Positions 10,911-20,774 of a stretch of DNA of 64,000 nt are shown piece by piece. The translations under genes were made by a program, and so were the position numbers. This DNA is from Candidatus Poribacteria bacterium (GTDB lineage: Bacteria; Poribacteria; WGA-4E; WGA-3G): assembly GCA_965242965.1 (NCBI GenBank), contig OZ251518.1:2624001-2688000 (forward strand). Reading direction: 5' to 3'. Each line of letters begins with the position of its first letter. The first letter of the stretch is position 1. The notes under the pieces are model-generated. The model had not been told where the DNA came from. It did not search any database and worked only from the letters and a program-made list of their open reading frames with translations.

Positions 10911-11324
10911 CTATGCGTTGCGTGCAACGAATTTGGTCTTGATTGGCAATTTGTGGGCGGCACGTTCCATCGCCCCTTTTGCATCCTCAAGCGAAACGCC
11001 GCTTAACTCATACAGGATTCTGCCCGGTTTGACGACAGCAACCCAATATTCCGGTGGGCCCTTCTTACCGCTGCCCATGCGCGTTTCAGCAGGTTTCTTG
11101 CTGACCGGCTTGTGTGGGAAAATTTTAATCCAAACTTTACCACCACGCCGAACATAACGGGTAATCGCAATCCGTGCAGACTCGATCTGGTTACTCGTTA
11201 TCCAGCCAGCTTCCATCGCTTGCAAGCCGTACTCGCCGAAGCTAATGCTTGAACCCCGCAGGGGTTTGCCACGGCGCTTGCCGCGATGCACATTTCTGTG
11301 CATCACGCGTTTCGGCATTAACAT
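10911..11324 (-). CDS. rplP: 50S ribosomal protein L16
   Basis: MLMPKR; QIESARIA; ETRMGSGK; AAHKLP. Confidence 0.97.
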   Translation of the reverse strand: MLMPKRVMHRNVHRGKRRGKPLRGSSISFGEYGLQAMEAGWITSNQIESARIAITRYVRRGGKVWIKIFPHKPVSKKPAETRMGSGKKGPPEYWVAVVKPGRILYELSGVSLEDAKGAMERAAHKLPIKTKFVARNA

Positions 11325-11358
11325 GTTGAATCACTCCTTATCGCTCACAACTGGACGC

Positions 11359-12219
11359 TTAACTACGCCCGCCTCTGCCCTGGCCCTGTCCTTGTCCAGA
11401 TCCTGGCCCTTGCCCAGACCTCCGACCGCGGCGTGAACGTCTGCGTCCACCTCCGCCTCCGCCTCTCTGTCCACCACGTTCGCCTTGCTGTCGGGAACGC
11501 GACTCCTGAGAGGGACGCTGTGGGCGGCGAGCACCGGTGTCCTCACGTCTGCCTGCGCGACGCGTCGGAATTTCGCCTTTTAACTTGTCCGGCACCCCGA
11601 TAATCTCGCCTTTGAAAATCCAGGTTTTGACCCCGAGTTTGCCGTAAGTGGTGTTCGCCTCGGCGAAGCCGTAGTCCACATTCGCACGGAGGGTGTGCAA
11701 TGGCACGCGTCCCTCAATGCTTGATTCAGACCGGGCGATTTCGTTGCCATCCAATCGCCCACTCACCATAATTTTAACGCCCAAGGCCCCTTCTTGCATC
11801 GAAACCTGAATGTTCCGGCGCATTACCTGTTTGAACCGGGCGCGGCGTTCCAATTGTGTCGCCACTGCTTCGGAGACGAGTTGGGCATCCAAATCCGGCT
11901 GTTTAATCTCCGAGACGTTAATCCGGATCTGTCGCCCGATGTGTTTCTCCAGCAGTGCCTGTAGTTTTTCAGCCTCAACCCCACGGCGGCCAATGACAAT
12001 GCCGGGGCGGGCTGTATGGATGTTGATGCTACAGCGGTCTGCGACGCGTTCGACTTCGACACGTGAAATGCCGGCGCGCGCCAATTCCTTTTTGACGAAC
12101 TCCTGAATCTGAAAGTCTTCATGGAGCCATCGCGCGTAGTCGCGTTCGCTATACCACTTTGAATCCCACGTCTCAATGATTCCTAAGCGTAATCCACGCG
12201 GGTGAGTTTTTTGTCCCAC
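11359..12219 (-). CDS. rpsC: 30S ribosomal protein S3 with Gly/Arg-rich tail
   Basis: MGQKTHPRGLRLG; ARPGIVIGRRG; GRVPLHTLRA. Confidence 0.97.
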   Translation of the reverse strand: MGQKTHPRGLRLGIIETWDSKWYSERDYARWLHEDFQIQEFVKKELARAGISRVEVERVADRCSINIHTARPGIVIGRRGVEAEKLQALLEKHIGRQIRINVSEIKQPDLDAQLVSEAVATQLERRARFKQVMRRNIQVSMQEGALGVKIMVSGRLDGNEIARSESSIEGRVPLHTLRANVDYGFAEANTTYGKLGVKTWIFKGEIIGVPDKLKGEIPTRRAGRREDTGARRPQRPSQESRSRQQGERGGQRGGGGGGRRRSRRGRRSGQGPGSGQGQGQGRGGRS

Positions 12220-12306
12220 GCAAACCTCCTGTCAGACTGCGTCCCGTTTGCGGATGTGGAGGCCGGGGAGTCTAGGCTCAGCCGCTCTTGATGGCTGCGC
12301 ACCCTG

Positions 12307-12660
12307 TTACTCGCCATCATCCTCACTCTCCTCATCCACAACGACGGTGATATGGCTGTGCCGTTTCAAAATCCGGTTCGCCATCCCCCGTGCCCGGGGC
12401 CGTATCCATTTCCGCGTCATCCCTTCATCAACGCGAATCTCCTTGACGTACAAATCGGATATATCCACGCTCGGGTCTTTATACTGCGCATTCGCAGAAG
12501 CCGATTGAATCAGCTGGTAAATCACAGGCGACGCGGCTTTGTGCGTAAACCGCAATTGGCTTAACGCATCCTCAACGTATTGATTGCGGACAAGATCGGC
12601 AACGAGGCGGGCTTTCCGCGGTGCCACCGCCGCATTCCGAATCCTGGCTCTGGCTTCCAT
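12307..12660 (-). CDS. rplV: 50S ribosomal protein L22
   Basis: APRKARLVADLVR; RPRARG; SHITVVV. Confidence 0.97.
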   Translation of the reverse strand: MEARARIRNAAVAPRKARLVADLVRNQYVEDALSQLRFTHKAASPVIYQLIQSASANAQYKDPSVDISDLYVKEIRVDEGMTRKWIRPRARGMANRILKRHSHITVVVDEESEDDGE

Positions 12661-12737
12661 CAGTTATTCTCCTAACAAAAGCGATTGTTGCTACAGACTC
12701 AGCATCCGAACGGAAACTGAGCATCAGCGAATGTTAC

Positions 12738-13007
12738 TTACCTTCGTGCACCACCCGCGTGAGAACGGAAGGTCCGCGTCGGCGCAAACTCGCCGAGTTT
12801 ATGCCCTACCATGTTCTCCGTGATATACACCGGAAAAAACTTCTTCCCGTTGTAAATCGCAAGTGTATGCCCTATCAACTCCGGCGTTACCGTGGAACGG
12901 CGCGACCAGGTGCGAATCACACGCTTCGTGCCAGACCGCTCCATAGCCGCGATTTTCTTCGCCAACTTGCCATCGATGTAGGGGCCCTTCTTGATAGAAC
13001 GCGGCAT
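12738..13007 (-). CDS. rpsS: 30S ribosomal protein S19
   Basis: [10 protein letters not shown]; TWSRRS; [13 protein letters not shown]. Confidence 0.98.
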   Translation of the reverse strand: MPRSIKKGPYIDGKLAKKIAAMERSGTKRVIRTWSRRSTVTPELIGHTLAIYNGKKFFPVYITENMVGHKLGEFAPTRTFRSHAGGARR

Positions 13008-13019
13008 AGCATTCCTCCT

Positions 13020-13838
13020 CTACTTCTTCCGCTTTCCAACGATATAGCGGCTCGATTTTTTCTTCGGGTTTCGCGTCTTATACCCTTTCGTCGGAACACC
13101 CCACGGCGTAACCGGATGCCGGCCGCCGGAGCTCTTCCCTTCACCACCACCATGCGGATGGTCGATCGGGTTCATCGCGACACCTCTCACCTTCGGACGT
13201 TTGCCCAACCATCGCGAACGTCCCGCCTTACCGATGACAATCTTGCTGACATTGCCAACCTGACCCAATGTGGCCATCGCTTGCACTAAAATCAGCCGAA
13301 TCTCACCCGACGGTAAGCGGATACGGGCATATTTCCCTTCGCGATCGACGAGCTGCGCAGCAGCACCGGCACTGCGGACTAACTGCCCACCTTTACCCGG
13401 GCGCATCTCAATGTTATGGATCGATGAACCCAGCGGAATCTTTTCAAGCGGCAAGGCATTTCCTACCCGGATTTCCGCATCCGGACCGGAATTCAACACG
13501 TCGCCTACCTGAATGCCGACCGGGGCGATAATATAACGCTTCTCGCCATCAACATAGTGGAGCAGCGCAATATGCGCAGACCGGTTCGGATCATACTCAA
13601 TCGCGGCGACTTTGGCTGGCACGCCAAATTTGTCTCGCTTGAAATCGATAACCCGATACCGTCGTTTGTGTCCTCCGCCGCGCCGTCTTACCGTCATGCG
13701 GCCACTCGCGTTGCGTCCAGCGGTTTTCTTGCTGCCTTTGACGAGAGATTTTTCCGGTTTGCTCCGCGTAATCTCCTCAAAGGTATAGCCTGTCATAAAT
13801 CGGCGGCTCGGTGTCACCGGTGAATATGTCTTAGGCAC
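13020..13838 (-). CDS. rplB: 50S ribosomal protein L2
   Basis: IEYDPNRSA; [18 protein letters not shown]; GTG start after GAGGAG. Confidence 0.98.
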   Translation of the reverse strand: MPKTYSPVTPSRRFMTGYTFEEITRSKPEKSLVKGSKKTAGRNASGRMTVRRRGGGHKRRYRVIDFKRDKFGVPAKVAAIEYDPNRSAHIALLHYVDGEKRYIIAPVGIQVGDVLNSGPDAEIRVGNALPLEKIPLGSSIHNIEMRPGKGGQLVRSAGAAAQLVDREGKYARIRLPSGEIRLILVQAMATLGQVGNVSKIVIGKAGRSRWLGKRPKVRGVAMNPIDHPHGGGEGKSSGGRHPVTPWGVPTKGYKTRNPKKKSSRYIVGKRKK

Positions 13839-14028
13839 TCTCAATTCCTCCTCAGTTCGGTAGATGCGGTTGTCAACCGCGCATACGCGCCTACCAAACA
13901 AGTCCTAATCTTGTCACCGTAGGTTGCGAGCAGCACCCGCAACACGCTACGATGTGGCGTGAACCTTATATCGATTCAAACACCGGGGGAGTCGAGACCG
14001 GGAGGTCTCTCCTACATGTGGCGTGAAC

Positions 14029-14328
14029 CTATATCGATTCAAACGCCTGGATCGTCGCGCCTTCCCTCAGCGTGATAATCGCCTTTTTCCAATGCGGCCT
14101 GCGTCCCCGTTTGTAGCGGTGCATCTTCCCTTTCGGTTTTCCGCGCACCTGCATCGTATGAACGTTGACGATATCCCCTTTGAGGTCAAACAGCTCCTCG
14201 GCGGCACGGCGGATTTGGACTTTCGTCGCATTCCGATTGACGACGAAGGCGTATTTGTTCTGTTCGCGGAAAATGGTGCTTTTCTCCGTAATCTGGGGGT
14301 GTAAAATCACCTGATATACGTCGTTCAT
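14029..14328 (-). CDS. rplW: 50S ribosomal protein L23
   Basis: PQITEKS; ATKVQIRRAAEELF; WKKAIITL. Confidence 0.95.
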   Translation of the reverse strand: MNDVYQVILHPQITEKSTIFREQNKYAFVVNRNATKVQIRRAAEELFDLKGDIVNVHTMQVRGKPKGKMHRYKRGRRPHWKKAIITLREGATIQAFESI

Positions 14329-14331
14329 CTT

Positions 14332-14979
14332 TTATCCTCTTTCCACATCCGGGGCGACAAACTTCGCCTGAAGCTGCTCCGCCGCCTTCTCCGTGATTAC
14401 CAAAGTGTCGTGCCACATCACTTGGTAAATGTTCAGCATGTCCCACGTGCAGCAGTTGACTTGCGGGATGTTCCGCACGGAGAGGTGGATATTAGGGCTG
14501 TGTTCGTTCAGCACGACAAGCACCTTCCCTTCCGCATTTACGGCTTTGAGCAGGCTGAGCATATCCTTCGTGCGCGGCTTTTCCAGCGTGAAATCTTCGA
14601 CGAGGATGCATTGCTCATTTTGGAACCGGTCTGCAAGCGCGCTATGGAGTCCGAGACGGCGCACCTGTTTCGGGGTGCGCTGCCGATAACTCCGCGGTTT
14701 CGGACCGAAGGCGACACCGCCATGCACCCGAATCGGCGATTTCGCATGCCCAACGCGGGCCCTGCCGGTGCCCTTCTGGCGGTATAATTTCCTGCCGCTG
14801 CCTTTCACTTCGCTGCGCGTTTTCGTCGATGCCGTGCCGCGCCGCTGATTCGCGAGATACGCGACAACGCATTGGTGGATAACAGGCCCGTTCACCTCAG
14901 CGTGCGTGAACGCATCCGAGAGCTCCTTTTCATGGAGGACAGCGCCTGTGCGAGCGTGAACCGCTAGCGTTGACATCAC
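14332..14979 (-). CDS. rplD: 50S ribosomal protein L4
   Basis: TKTRSEVKGSGRKLYRQKGTGRAR; FGPKPR. Confidence 0.96.
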   Translation of the reverse strand: MMSTLAVHARTGAVLHEKELSDAFTHAEVNGPVIHQCVVAYLANQRRGTASTKTRSEVKGSGRKLYRQKGTGRARVGHAKSPIRVHGGVAFGPKPRSYRQRTPKQVRRLGLHSALADRFQNEQCILVEDFTLEKPRTKDMLSLLKAVNAEGKVLVVLNEHSPNIHLSVRNIPQVNCCTWDMLNIYQVMWHDTLVITEKAAEQLQAKFVAPDVERG

Positions 14980-14988
14980 TTCTTCTCC

Positions 14989-15633
14989 TTATGCCTCCGG
15001 TGCCGTTTTGGAAGCCTTCCAGATCAGCAGGAGCCCCTGTATCGGGCCCGGAACCGCTCCCTTCACCACAAGCAAATTCCGTTCGGCATCCGTTTGGATA
15101 ACCGGTAAATTTTGGACGGTATGCCGTTTGGCACCTTGGCGGCCCGCCATCCGTTTCCCTTTGAAAACCCGTGACGGTGTCGCGCTCGCACCGATAGAAC
15201 CGGGGCGACGCAAGTCCTGCTCGCCACCGTGGCTCTTTTTGCCACCGGCGAAACCCCACCGTTTGACAACACCGGTGAAGCCGTGCCCCTTCGAGGTGCC
15301 GCTCACGTCAACGAGCTCGCCTTCTGAAAAGAGACTGGCATCGATAACGCTACCTACGGTTACGTCGGCGAGGCTTTTGACACGGAACTCGCGGAGCACC
15401 CACGTCGGTTCAACTTGCGCCTTCGCGAAATGTCCCTGCCGCGGCTTGTTCGTCCGGCTCGCTTTCCGTTCTCCGAACCCCAACTGGACAGCCTGATACC
15501 CGTCTCTCTCTTGCGTTTTCAGTTGGACGATGGGACAGGGGCCCGCTTCAATGACGGTAACAGGCACCACTTTCCCAGACTCCTCGAAAACCTGGGTCAT
15601 CCCGATTTTTCGTCCGATGATTCCGTTCACCAT
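14989..15633 (-). CDS. rplC: 50S ribosomal protein L3
   Basis: GRKIGMTQVF; SKGHGFTGVVKRWGF; VKGAVPG. Confidence 0.97.
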   Translation of the reverse strand: MVNGIIGRKIGMTQVFEESGKVVPVTVIEAGPCPIVQLKTQERDGYQAVQLGFGERKASRTNKPRQGHFAKAQVEPTWVLREFRVKSLADVTVGSVIDASLFSEGELVDVSGTSKGHGFTGVVKRWGFAGGKKSHGGEQDLRRPGSIGASATPSRVFKGKRMAGRQGAKRHTVQNLPVIQTDAERNLLVVKGAVPGPIQGLLLIWKASKTAPEA

Positions 15634-15751
15634 TTTCCTTCTCCTCCGCGCCTCAGGTGCTGACTTCTTTCGTCGCTGTAGGTGGTGCTCCCCCGATTTT
15701 GTCTAAACGACAGAAACCGATTTGTGAGCACCCGCGCCTTCCAGCGGCTAC

Positions 15752-16063
15752 TTATAGCAAGATGATTTTCACATCCACCCCGGCGGGCAAGTCCAAGCGC
15801 ATCAAAGCATCCACGGTCTTGGGTGTCGTTTCGAGAATATCCAACAACCGCTTGTGAATCCGCATCTCAAATTGTTCACGCGACTTCTTATCTTTGAAGG
15901 TCGAACGCTGGACAGTATAGATATGCTTCTTCGTCGGCAACGGAATCGGTCCGGAGACAGCTGCTCCTGTGCGTTTGGCGGTATCCGCTATCTGCTTTGA
16001 CGACAGGTCCAACAGCCGGTAGTCAAAAGCTTTGAGCCGAATGCGAATTTTTTGGTTGTCCAT
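15752..16063 (-). CDS. rpsJ: 30S ribosomal protein S10
   Basis: [10 protein letters not shown]; GPIPLPT; [13 protein letters not shown]. Confidence 0.97.
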   Translation of the reverse strand: MDNQKIRIRLKAFDYRLLDLSSKQIADTAKRTGAAVSGPIPLPTKKHIYTVQRSTFKDKKSREQFEMRIHKRLLDILETTPKTVDALMRLDLPAGVDVKIILL

Positions 16064-16129
16064 CTTTGTATCCTTTAGAGACAACCCCAAAGCGGAGTTG
16101 CGGCTCCACTTTGGGGTTATACAGCATCA

Positions 16130-17329
16130 TTATTCAAGGATTTTGGAGACAACACCGGCACCGATGGTATGTCCGCCTTCACGGATAGCGAATCGGAGTT
16201 GTTCCTCCATCGCGATGGGCTTGGAGAGTTCTACCGTAATCTGCGCGTTGTCGCCGGGCATGATCATCTCAATGCCTTCCGGCAGATCCATTTTCCCGGT
16301 CACGTCTGTCGTGCGGAAGTAGAACTGCGGGCGGTATCCGCTAAAGAAGGGGTTCCAGCGTCCGCCTTCTTCCTTGGTAAGGATATAGGCTTCGGCTTCA
16401 AACTTCGTATGCGGTGTGACTGTCCCTGGAATCGAGAGGACCTGGCCGCGTTCGACTTCCTCGCGGTCGATGCCACGAATCAACGCGCCGATGTTGTCAC
16501 CGGCTTGCCCCTGGTCAAGGAGTTTTCGGAACATCTCCACCCCTGTGACGACAGTCTCCTGAGTCTCTTTAAGCCCGACAATCTCAACTCTATCGCCGGT
16601 GTTAATAATCCCGCGTTCCACGCGTCCCGTGACAACAGTGCCGCGCCCACTGATAGTGAAGATATCTTCAATCGGCATCAGGAACGGCTTTTCGGTGTCT
16701 CGGACAGGTTCCGGGATGTATGTGTCCACGGCTTCCATCAGTTCTCGGATGGGCTTACATGCGTCGCTATCCGGTGAACCGGCGGCTTCCATTGCTTCAA
16801 GCGCGGAGCCTGCGATGATGGGGACATCGTCGCCGGGGAATTCGTATTCCGTGAGCAGTTCGCGGACTTCCAAGTCGACGAGTTCCAGCAGTTCGTCGTC
16901 ATCCACCATGTCTGCCTTGTTAAGGAAGACAACGAGGGATGGGACGTTGACTTGGCGTGCGAGGAGCACGTGTTCTCGGGTCTGCGGCATCGGTCCGTCT
17001 GCGGCAGAGACGACGAGGATTGCACCGTCCATTTGCGCGGCACCGGTAATCATGTTTTTGATGTAGTCCGCGTGTCCGGGGCAGTCTACGTGCGCGTAGT
17101 GCCGATTCTCGGTTTCGTATTCAACGTGTGCCGTGTTAATCGTAATGCCACGCTCTTTCTCCTCGGGCGCCTTGTCAATTTCGTCATACGTCATGACGTA
17201 GTCTTTGCTCGCGAGATTGGAAAGCACCATAGTAATCGCCGCCGTGAGCGTCGTCTTACCGTGGTCGACGTGGCCGATTGTGCCAATATTGACGTGTGGC
17301 TTAGTCCTTTCAAAAGTTTCCTTAGCCAT
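16130..17329 (-). CDS. tuf: Elongation factor Tu
   Basis: [12 protein letters not shown]; RGITIN; [15 protein letters not shown]. Confidence 0.99.
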   Translation of the reverse strand: MAKETFERTKPHVNIGTIGHVDHGKTTLTAAITMVLSNLASKDYVMTYDEIDKAPEEKERGITINTAHVEYETENRHYAHVDCPGHADYIKNMITGAAQMDGAILVVSAADGPMPQTREHVLLARQVNVPSLVVFLNKADMVDDDELLELVDLEVRELLTEYEFPGDDVPIIAGSALEAMEAAGSPDSDACKPIRELMEAVDTYIPEPVRDTEKPFLMPIEDIFTISGRGTVVTGRVERGIINTGDRVEIVGLKETQETVVTGVEMFRKLLDQGQAGDNIGALIRGIDREEVERGQVLSIPGTVTPHTKFEAEAYILTKEEGGRWNPFFSGYRPQFYFRTTDVTGKMDLPEGIEMIMPGDNAQITVELSKPIAMEEQLRFAIREGGHTIGAGVVSKILE

Positions 17330-17406
17330 TCTTTTTATCCTTTGCTAGTTGAACTCGGCGTTCGTGGGGGGTTCCCTCGCACGCCGGGTTCATGTCCGTT
17401 TTGCGC

Positions 17407-19521
17407 CTACTTACCAATTAAGTCTTCCATCACACTCGCGGATACCTCGCTGTAGTGCGAGAATTCCATCGAGTAGTTCGCCCGCCCCTGTGTCAAGGAG
17501 CGCAGCGTCTTGACGTAACCGAACATTTCTGACAGCGGTACGTCAACGAGGATATGCTGGATACGCGATTTAACCTGTCGTCCAGAGTCGCGCTGCACCG
17601 TTTCACGGATTTGCGCACGCCGGGAGTTCAGATCACCGATGACTTTCCCAAGGTATTCGTCCGGGACGATGACTTCAACGTCCATAATCGGTTCCAGGAG
17701 CGTCGGGTTAGCGCGCTTCATAGCATCTTTAAATGCCATAGAACCGGCGATGCCGAACGCCATTTCCGAGGAATCCACCGGATGGTGTGAGCCGTCTACC
17801 AGTCTTACCGATACGTCAACGACCGGATAGCCTGCCAACACGCCGGTATTCATGGCATTCTCAATGCCTTTCCGCACCGCAGGAACGTATTCCTGAGGGA
17901 CGGCACCGCCTTTCGTTTCGTCGGCGAACTCAAAGCCGCCGCCTTTCTCAAGCGGTTCAACCTCAATCACGACATGTCCAAACTGCCCTCTGCCACCGGA
18001 TTGCCGCACGAAGCGTCCTACCGATTTGACAGGTTCAAGAATCGTCTCGCGATATGCCACTTCCGGGCTACCGACGTTAGCAGAGACGTTGAATTCGCGG
18101 ACTAGCCTGTCTACGATAATCTCAAGGTGCAGCTCACCCATGCCGGAGAGCAACGTCTGTCCCGTGTCTGCATCCTGATGCACTTTAAACGTCGGATCTT
18201 CCTCGGCGAGTTTTGATAGCGCGAGGTTGAGTTTGTCAATATCCGATTGCGTGCGCGGTTCAATGGCAATAGCCATGACAGGCAGCGGGAAATCCATCGT
18301 CTCTAGCGTGATGTGCCGTTTCATATCGCAGAGCGTCTCGCCTGTCGCGATATTCTTTAACCCGATGACAGCGGCGATGTCGCCTGCGTAGACAGCTTGA
18401 TGCTCCTCGCGTTTGTTGGCGTGCATCTGCATCAAGCGGCCGATGCGTTCGTGCTTGCCGCGTTTGCTGTTGTAGACGGTATCGCCTTTTTTCAGCACAC
18501 CGGAGTAGACACGGAGGTAGGTGAGTTTGCCAACGTGCGGGTCCGTCATGATTTTGAACGCTAGCGCGCAGAACGGCTCCTCGTCGCTCGCCTGCCGAAT
18601 CTCCTCCGCTTCTGTCCGCGGGTTGACACCCATAATCGGCGGCACATCCGTCGGTGCCGGCAGATAGGAGACAATGGCATCCAACAACGGTTGGACACCT
18701 TTATTCTTCAAAGCGGTTCCGCACAAGACTGGCACGGTTTTGCCGTGCAGGACAGCCTTTCTCAGACCGGATTTGATTTCTTCCGGCGACAATTCAATGC
18801 CGTCAAGGTAACGTTCTAAAAGTGCGTCATCCGCTTCTGCCGCAGCGTCAAGCATCCGTTCGCGATACTCGTTCGCCATCGCTTCTATCTCGGTGGGGAT
18901 GTCTGTTTCATGGATGACAGTGCCGTCCCCGGTTGTGGTATCCCACAACTGCGCCTTCATGGCGATGAGATCGACGATGCCGCTAAACCCTTCGGCAGAG
19001 CCGATAGGGAGTTGCACCGGAACCGCCGTTGCGCCGAGGCGTTCTTCCATCATTTCTACGGTACGGAAGAAGTCTGCGCCGGTTCTGTCCATCTTATTGA
19101 CGAACGCGATGCGCGGGATTTCGTATTTATCCGCCTGCCGCCAGACCGTCTCGGACTGCGGTTCAACGCCGCCGACTGCACAGAAGACAGCGACGGCTCC
19201 GTCAAGGACGCGCAGTGAGCGTTCTACCTCGACGGTAAAATCGATGTGTCCCGGTGTGTCAATGATGTTGATGTGGTGCTTTTTCCATTGACAGGTAGTG
19301 GCGGCGGCGGTGATCGTAATGCCGCGCTCCTGCTCCTGCACCATCCAGTCCATCGTCGTTGTGCCATCGTCAACATCACCGATGCGGTAGACGCGGCCGG
19401 TGTAGTATAAAATCCGTTCGGTTACCGTCGTCTTGCCGGCATCAATATGCGCCATGATGCCGATGTTCCGCATGTGTGGCAGCGCAAGGCGTTGTTGGGG
19501 GTTATCCTTCTTATCAGCCAT
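17407..19521 (-). CDS. fusA: Elongation factor G
   Basis: [15 protein letters not shown]; QEQERGITI; DTPGH; NKMDR. Confidence 0.99.
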   Translation of the reverse strand: MADKKDNPQQRLALPHMRNIGIMAHIDAGKTTVTERILYYTGRVYRIGDVDDGTTTMDWMVQEQERGITITAAATTCQWKKHHINIIDTPGHIDFTVEVERSLRVLDGAVAVFCAVGGVEPQSETVWRQADKYEIPRIAFVNKMDRTGADFFRTVEMMEERLGATAVPVQLPIGSAEGFSGIVDLIAMKAQLWDTTTGDGTVIHETDIPTEIEAMANEYRERMLDAAAEADDALLERYLDGIELSPEEIKSGLRKAVLHGKTVPVLCGTALKNKGVQPLLDAIVSYLPAPTDVPPIMGVNPRTEAEEIRQASDEEPFCALAFKIMTDPHVGKLTYLRVYSGVLKKGDTVYNSKRGKHERIGRLMQMHANKREEHQAVYAGDIAAVIGLKNIATGETLCDMKRHITLETMDFPLPVMAIAIEPRTQSDIDKLNLALSKLAEEDPTFKVHQDADTGQTLLSGMGELHLEIIVDRLVREFNVSANVGSPEVAYRETILEPVKSVGRFVRQSGGRGQFGHVVIEVEPLEKGGGFEFADETKGGAVPQEYVPAVRKGIENAMNTGVLAGYPVVDVSVRLVDGSHHPVDSSEMAFGIAGSMAFKDAMKRANPTLLEPIMDVEVIVPDEYLGKVIGDLNSRRAQIRETVQRDSGRQVKSRIQHILVDVPLSEMFGYVKTLRSLTQGRANYSMEFSHYSEVSASVMEDLIGK

Positions 19522-19561
19522 TTTTATCCTTCTCGGTGGCGTTTGATACGCCTACCATCGC

Positions 19562-20032
19562 CTACCATCGGTAATGTGCGAAGGCGCGGTTCGCCTCTGC
19601 CATTCGATGTTGCTCCTGTTTTCGGCGGATTGCACCGCCTTCGTTTCGCGCGGCATCCATCAGTTCACCGGCGAGACGTTCGGCCATCCGTTTTTCGCCG
19701 CGTCCGCGCGCCGATTGGATGAGCCAACTGAAGGCAAGCCGGGTCTTGCGTTCCGCTTTCACGTCAATCGGCACCTGATAGGTTTGGCTACCGACGCGCC
19801 GGGGACGAATCTCCAAAACCGGCTTGACGTTATTAATCGCTTGGCGAAACACCGCGAAGCCGTCTTCCTTCATTCGCGATTCGATAATCTCAAAGCTCTC
19901 ATAGAGGATGCGTTGCGCAGTGCTTTTTTTGCCATCCAGCATGAGGCTGTTGATAAATTTTGACACTACCTTGCTGTTATGAACAGCATCCGGGTTGACA
20001 TCGCGCTTGGCGACGTTTCCACGTCTCGGCAT
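19562..20032 (-). CDS. rpsG: 30S ribosomal protein S7
   Basis: MPRRG; DGKKSTA; HRMAEANRAFAHYRW. Confidence 0.98.
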   Translation of the reverse strand: MPRRGNVAKRDVNPDAVHNSKVVSKFINSLMLDGKKSTAQRILYESFEIIESRMKEDGFAVFRQAINNVKPVLEIRPRRVGSQTYQVPIDVKAERKTRLAFSWLIQSARGRGEKRMAERLAGELMDAARNEGGAIRRKQEQHRMAEANRAFAHYRW

Positions 20033-20052
20033 GGTTGTTCCTCCGGTTCCTG

Positions 20053-20424
20053 TTAATCCGGCTTCCTCGCGCCGTATTTCGAGCGGCCCTGTCGCCGGTT
20101 CTCTACGCCGGCGGTGTCCAGTTTCCCGCGAACAATGTGGTAACGGACATTGGAGAGGTCCTTCACGGCACCCCCACGCACCAACACGACTGAGTGCTCT
20201 TGCAAGTTGTGGTCGATCCCGGGGATATAGCAGGTTGCCTCATAGCCGGAGGTAAACCGCACGCGGGCTACCTTGCGCAATGCTGAATTCGGCTTGTTTG
20301 GCGTAATCGTTTTCACCTGCAAACAGATGCCGCGACGCTGCGGACATTGCTGCAACACCGGGGATTTCGTCTTCTTCCGGGACCGCTTGCGCGGTTTTTT
20401 GATTAACTGGTTAATTGTCGGCAT
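20053..20424 (-). CDS. rpsL: 30S ribosomal protein S12 (atypical residues at decoding loops)
   Basis: MPTINQL; [12 protein letters not shown]; HNLQEHS; RSKYG. Confidence 0.98.
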   Translation of the reverse strand: MPTINQLIKKPRKRSRKKTKSPVLQQCPQRRGICLQVKTITPNKPNSALRKVARVRFTSGYEATCYIPGIDHNLQEHSVVLVRGGAVKDLSNVRYHIVRGKLDTAGVENRRQGRSKYGARKPD

Positions 20425-20505
20425 TTTTATCCATCCTTTATGTTCTGCACAGAACATATATGCGCTGCGCTGTCGAAAATCGCGCTTCAGCGAACCGCTC
20501 TCCAC

Positions 20506-20526
20506 AAAAAAAGCCCCTCGCGGGGC
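20506..20526 (-). terminator. Terminator-like hairpin inside the rpsL leader
   Basis: Minus strand GCCCC-GCGA-GGGGC followed by T7. Confidence 0.6.
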
Positions 20527-20697
20527 AATGCAAATCGGGTATGCCGGGCAGCGCGGCGCGCTACCTCAACCTCAGATTGCAAATTCTGAACAAATTAACG
20601 TGAGATGGAGAGTCAACGTTAGAATGTTTCCGAATAGTTTGCCCCTTTTCTTGTCTAAAAGACTAAAAAAGACCCGGGTAGGGTTTCCAAAATTATA

Positions 20698-20726
20698 ATT
20701 ATACCACAAAAAAAACCGTTTGTCAA
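20698..20726 (-). promoter_or_regulatory. Sigma70-type promoter of the str/S10 superoperon
   Basis: Minus strand TTGACA-17 bp-TATAAT with extended -10 TG. Confidence 0.8.
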
Positions 20727-20774
20727 ATTTTTTTTACTTTTTTTGTAAAAAAAGTGGTAATTTTGCGATTTTTC

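Noticed and set aside
1757-19291. Numerous plus-strand ORFs overlapping ribosomal and elongation-factor genes
   Set aside because: Antisense shadows of highly conserved genes
19550-19570. Short tandem duplication (GCCTACCATC) at the rpsG stop
   Set aside because: Too short to interpret and has no coding consequence
20506-20690. 6S RNA candidate in the rpsL leader (similar length)
   Set aside because: Could not form the long nested terminal stems and central bubble by eye; kept only as a leader/attenuator candidate
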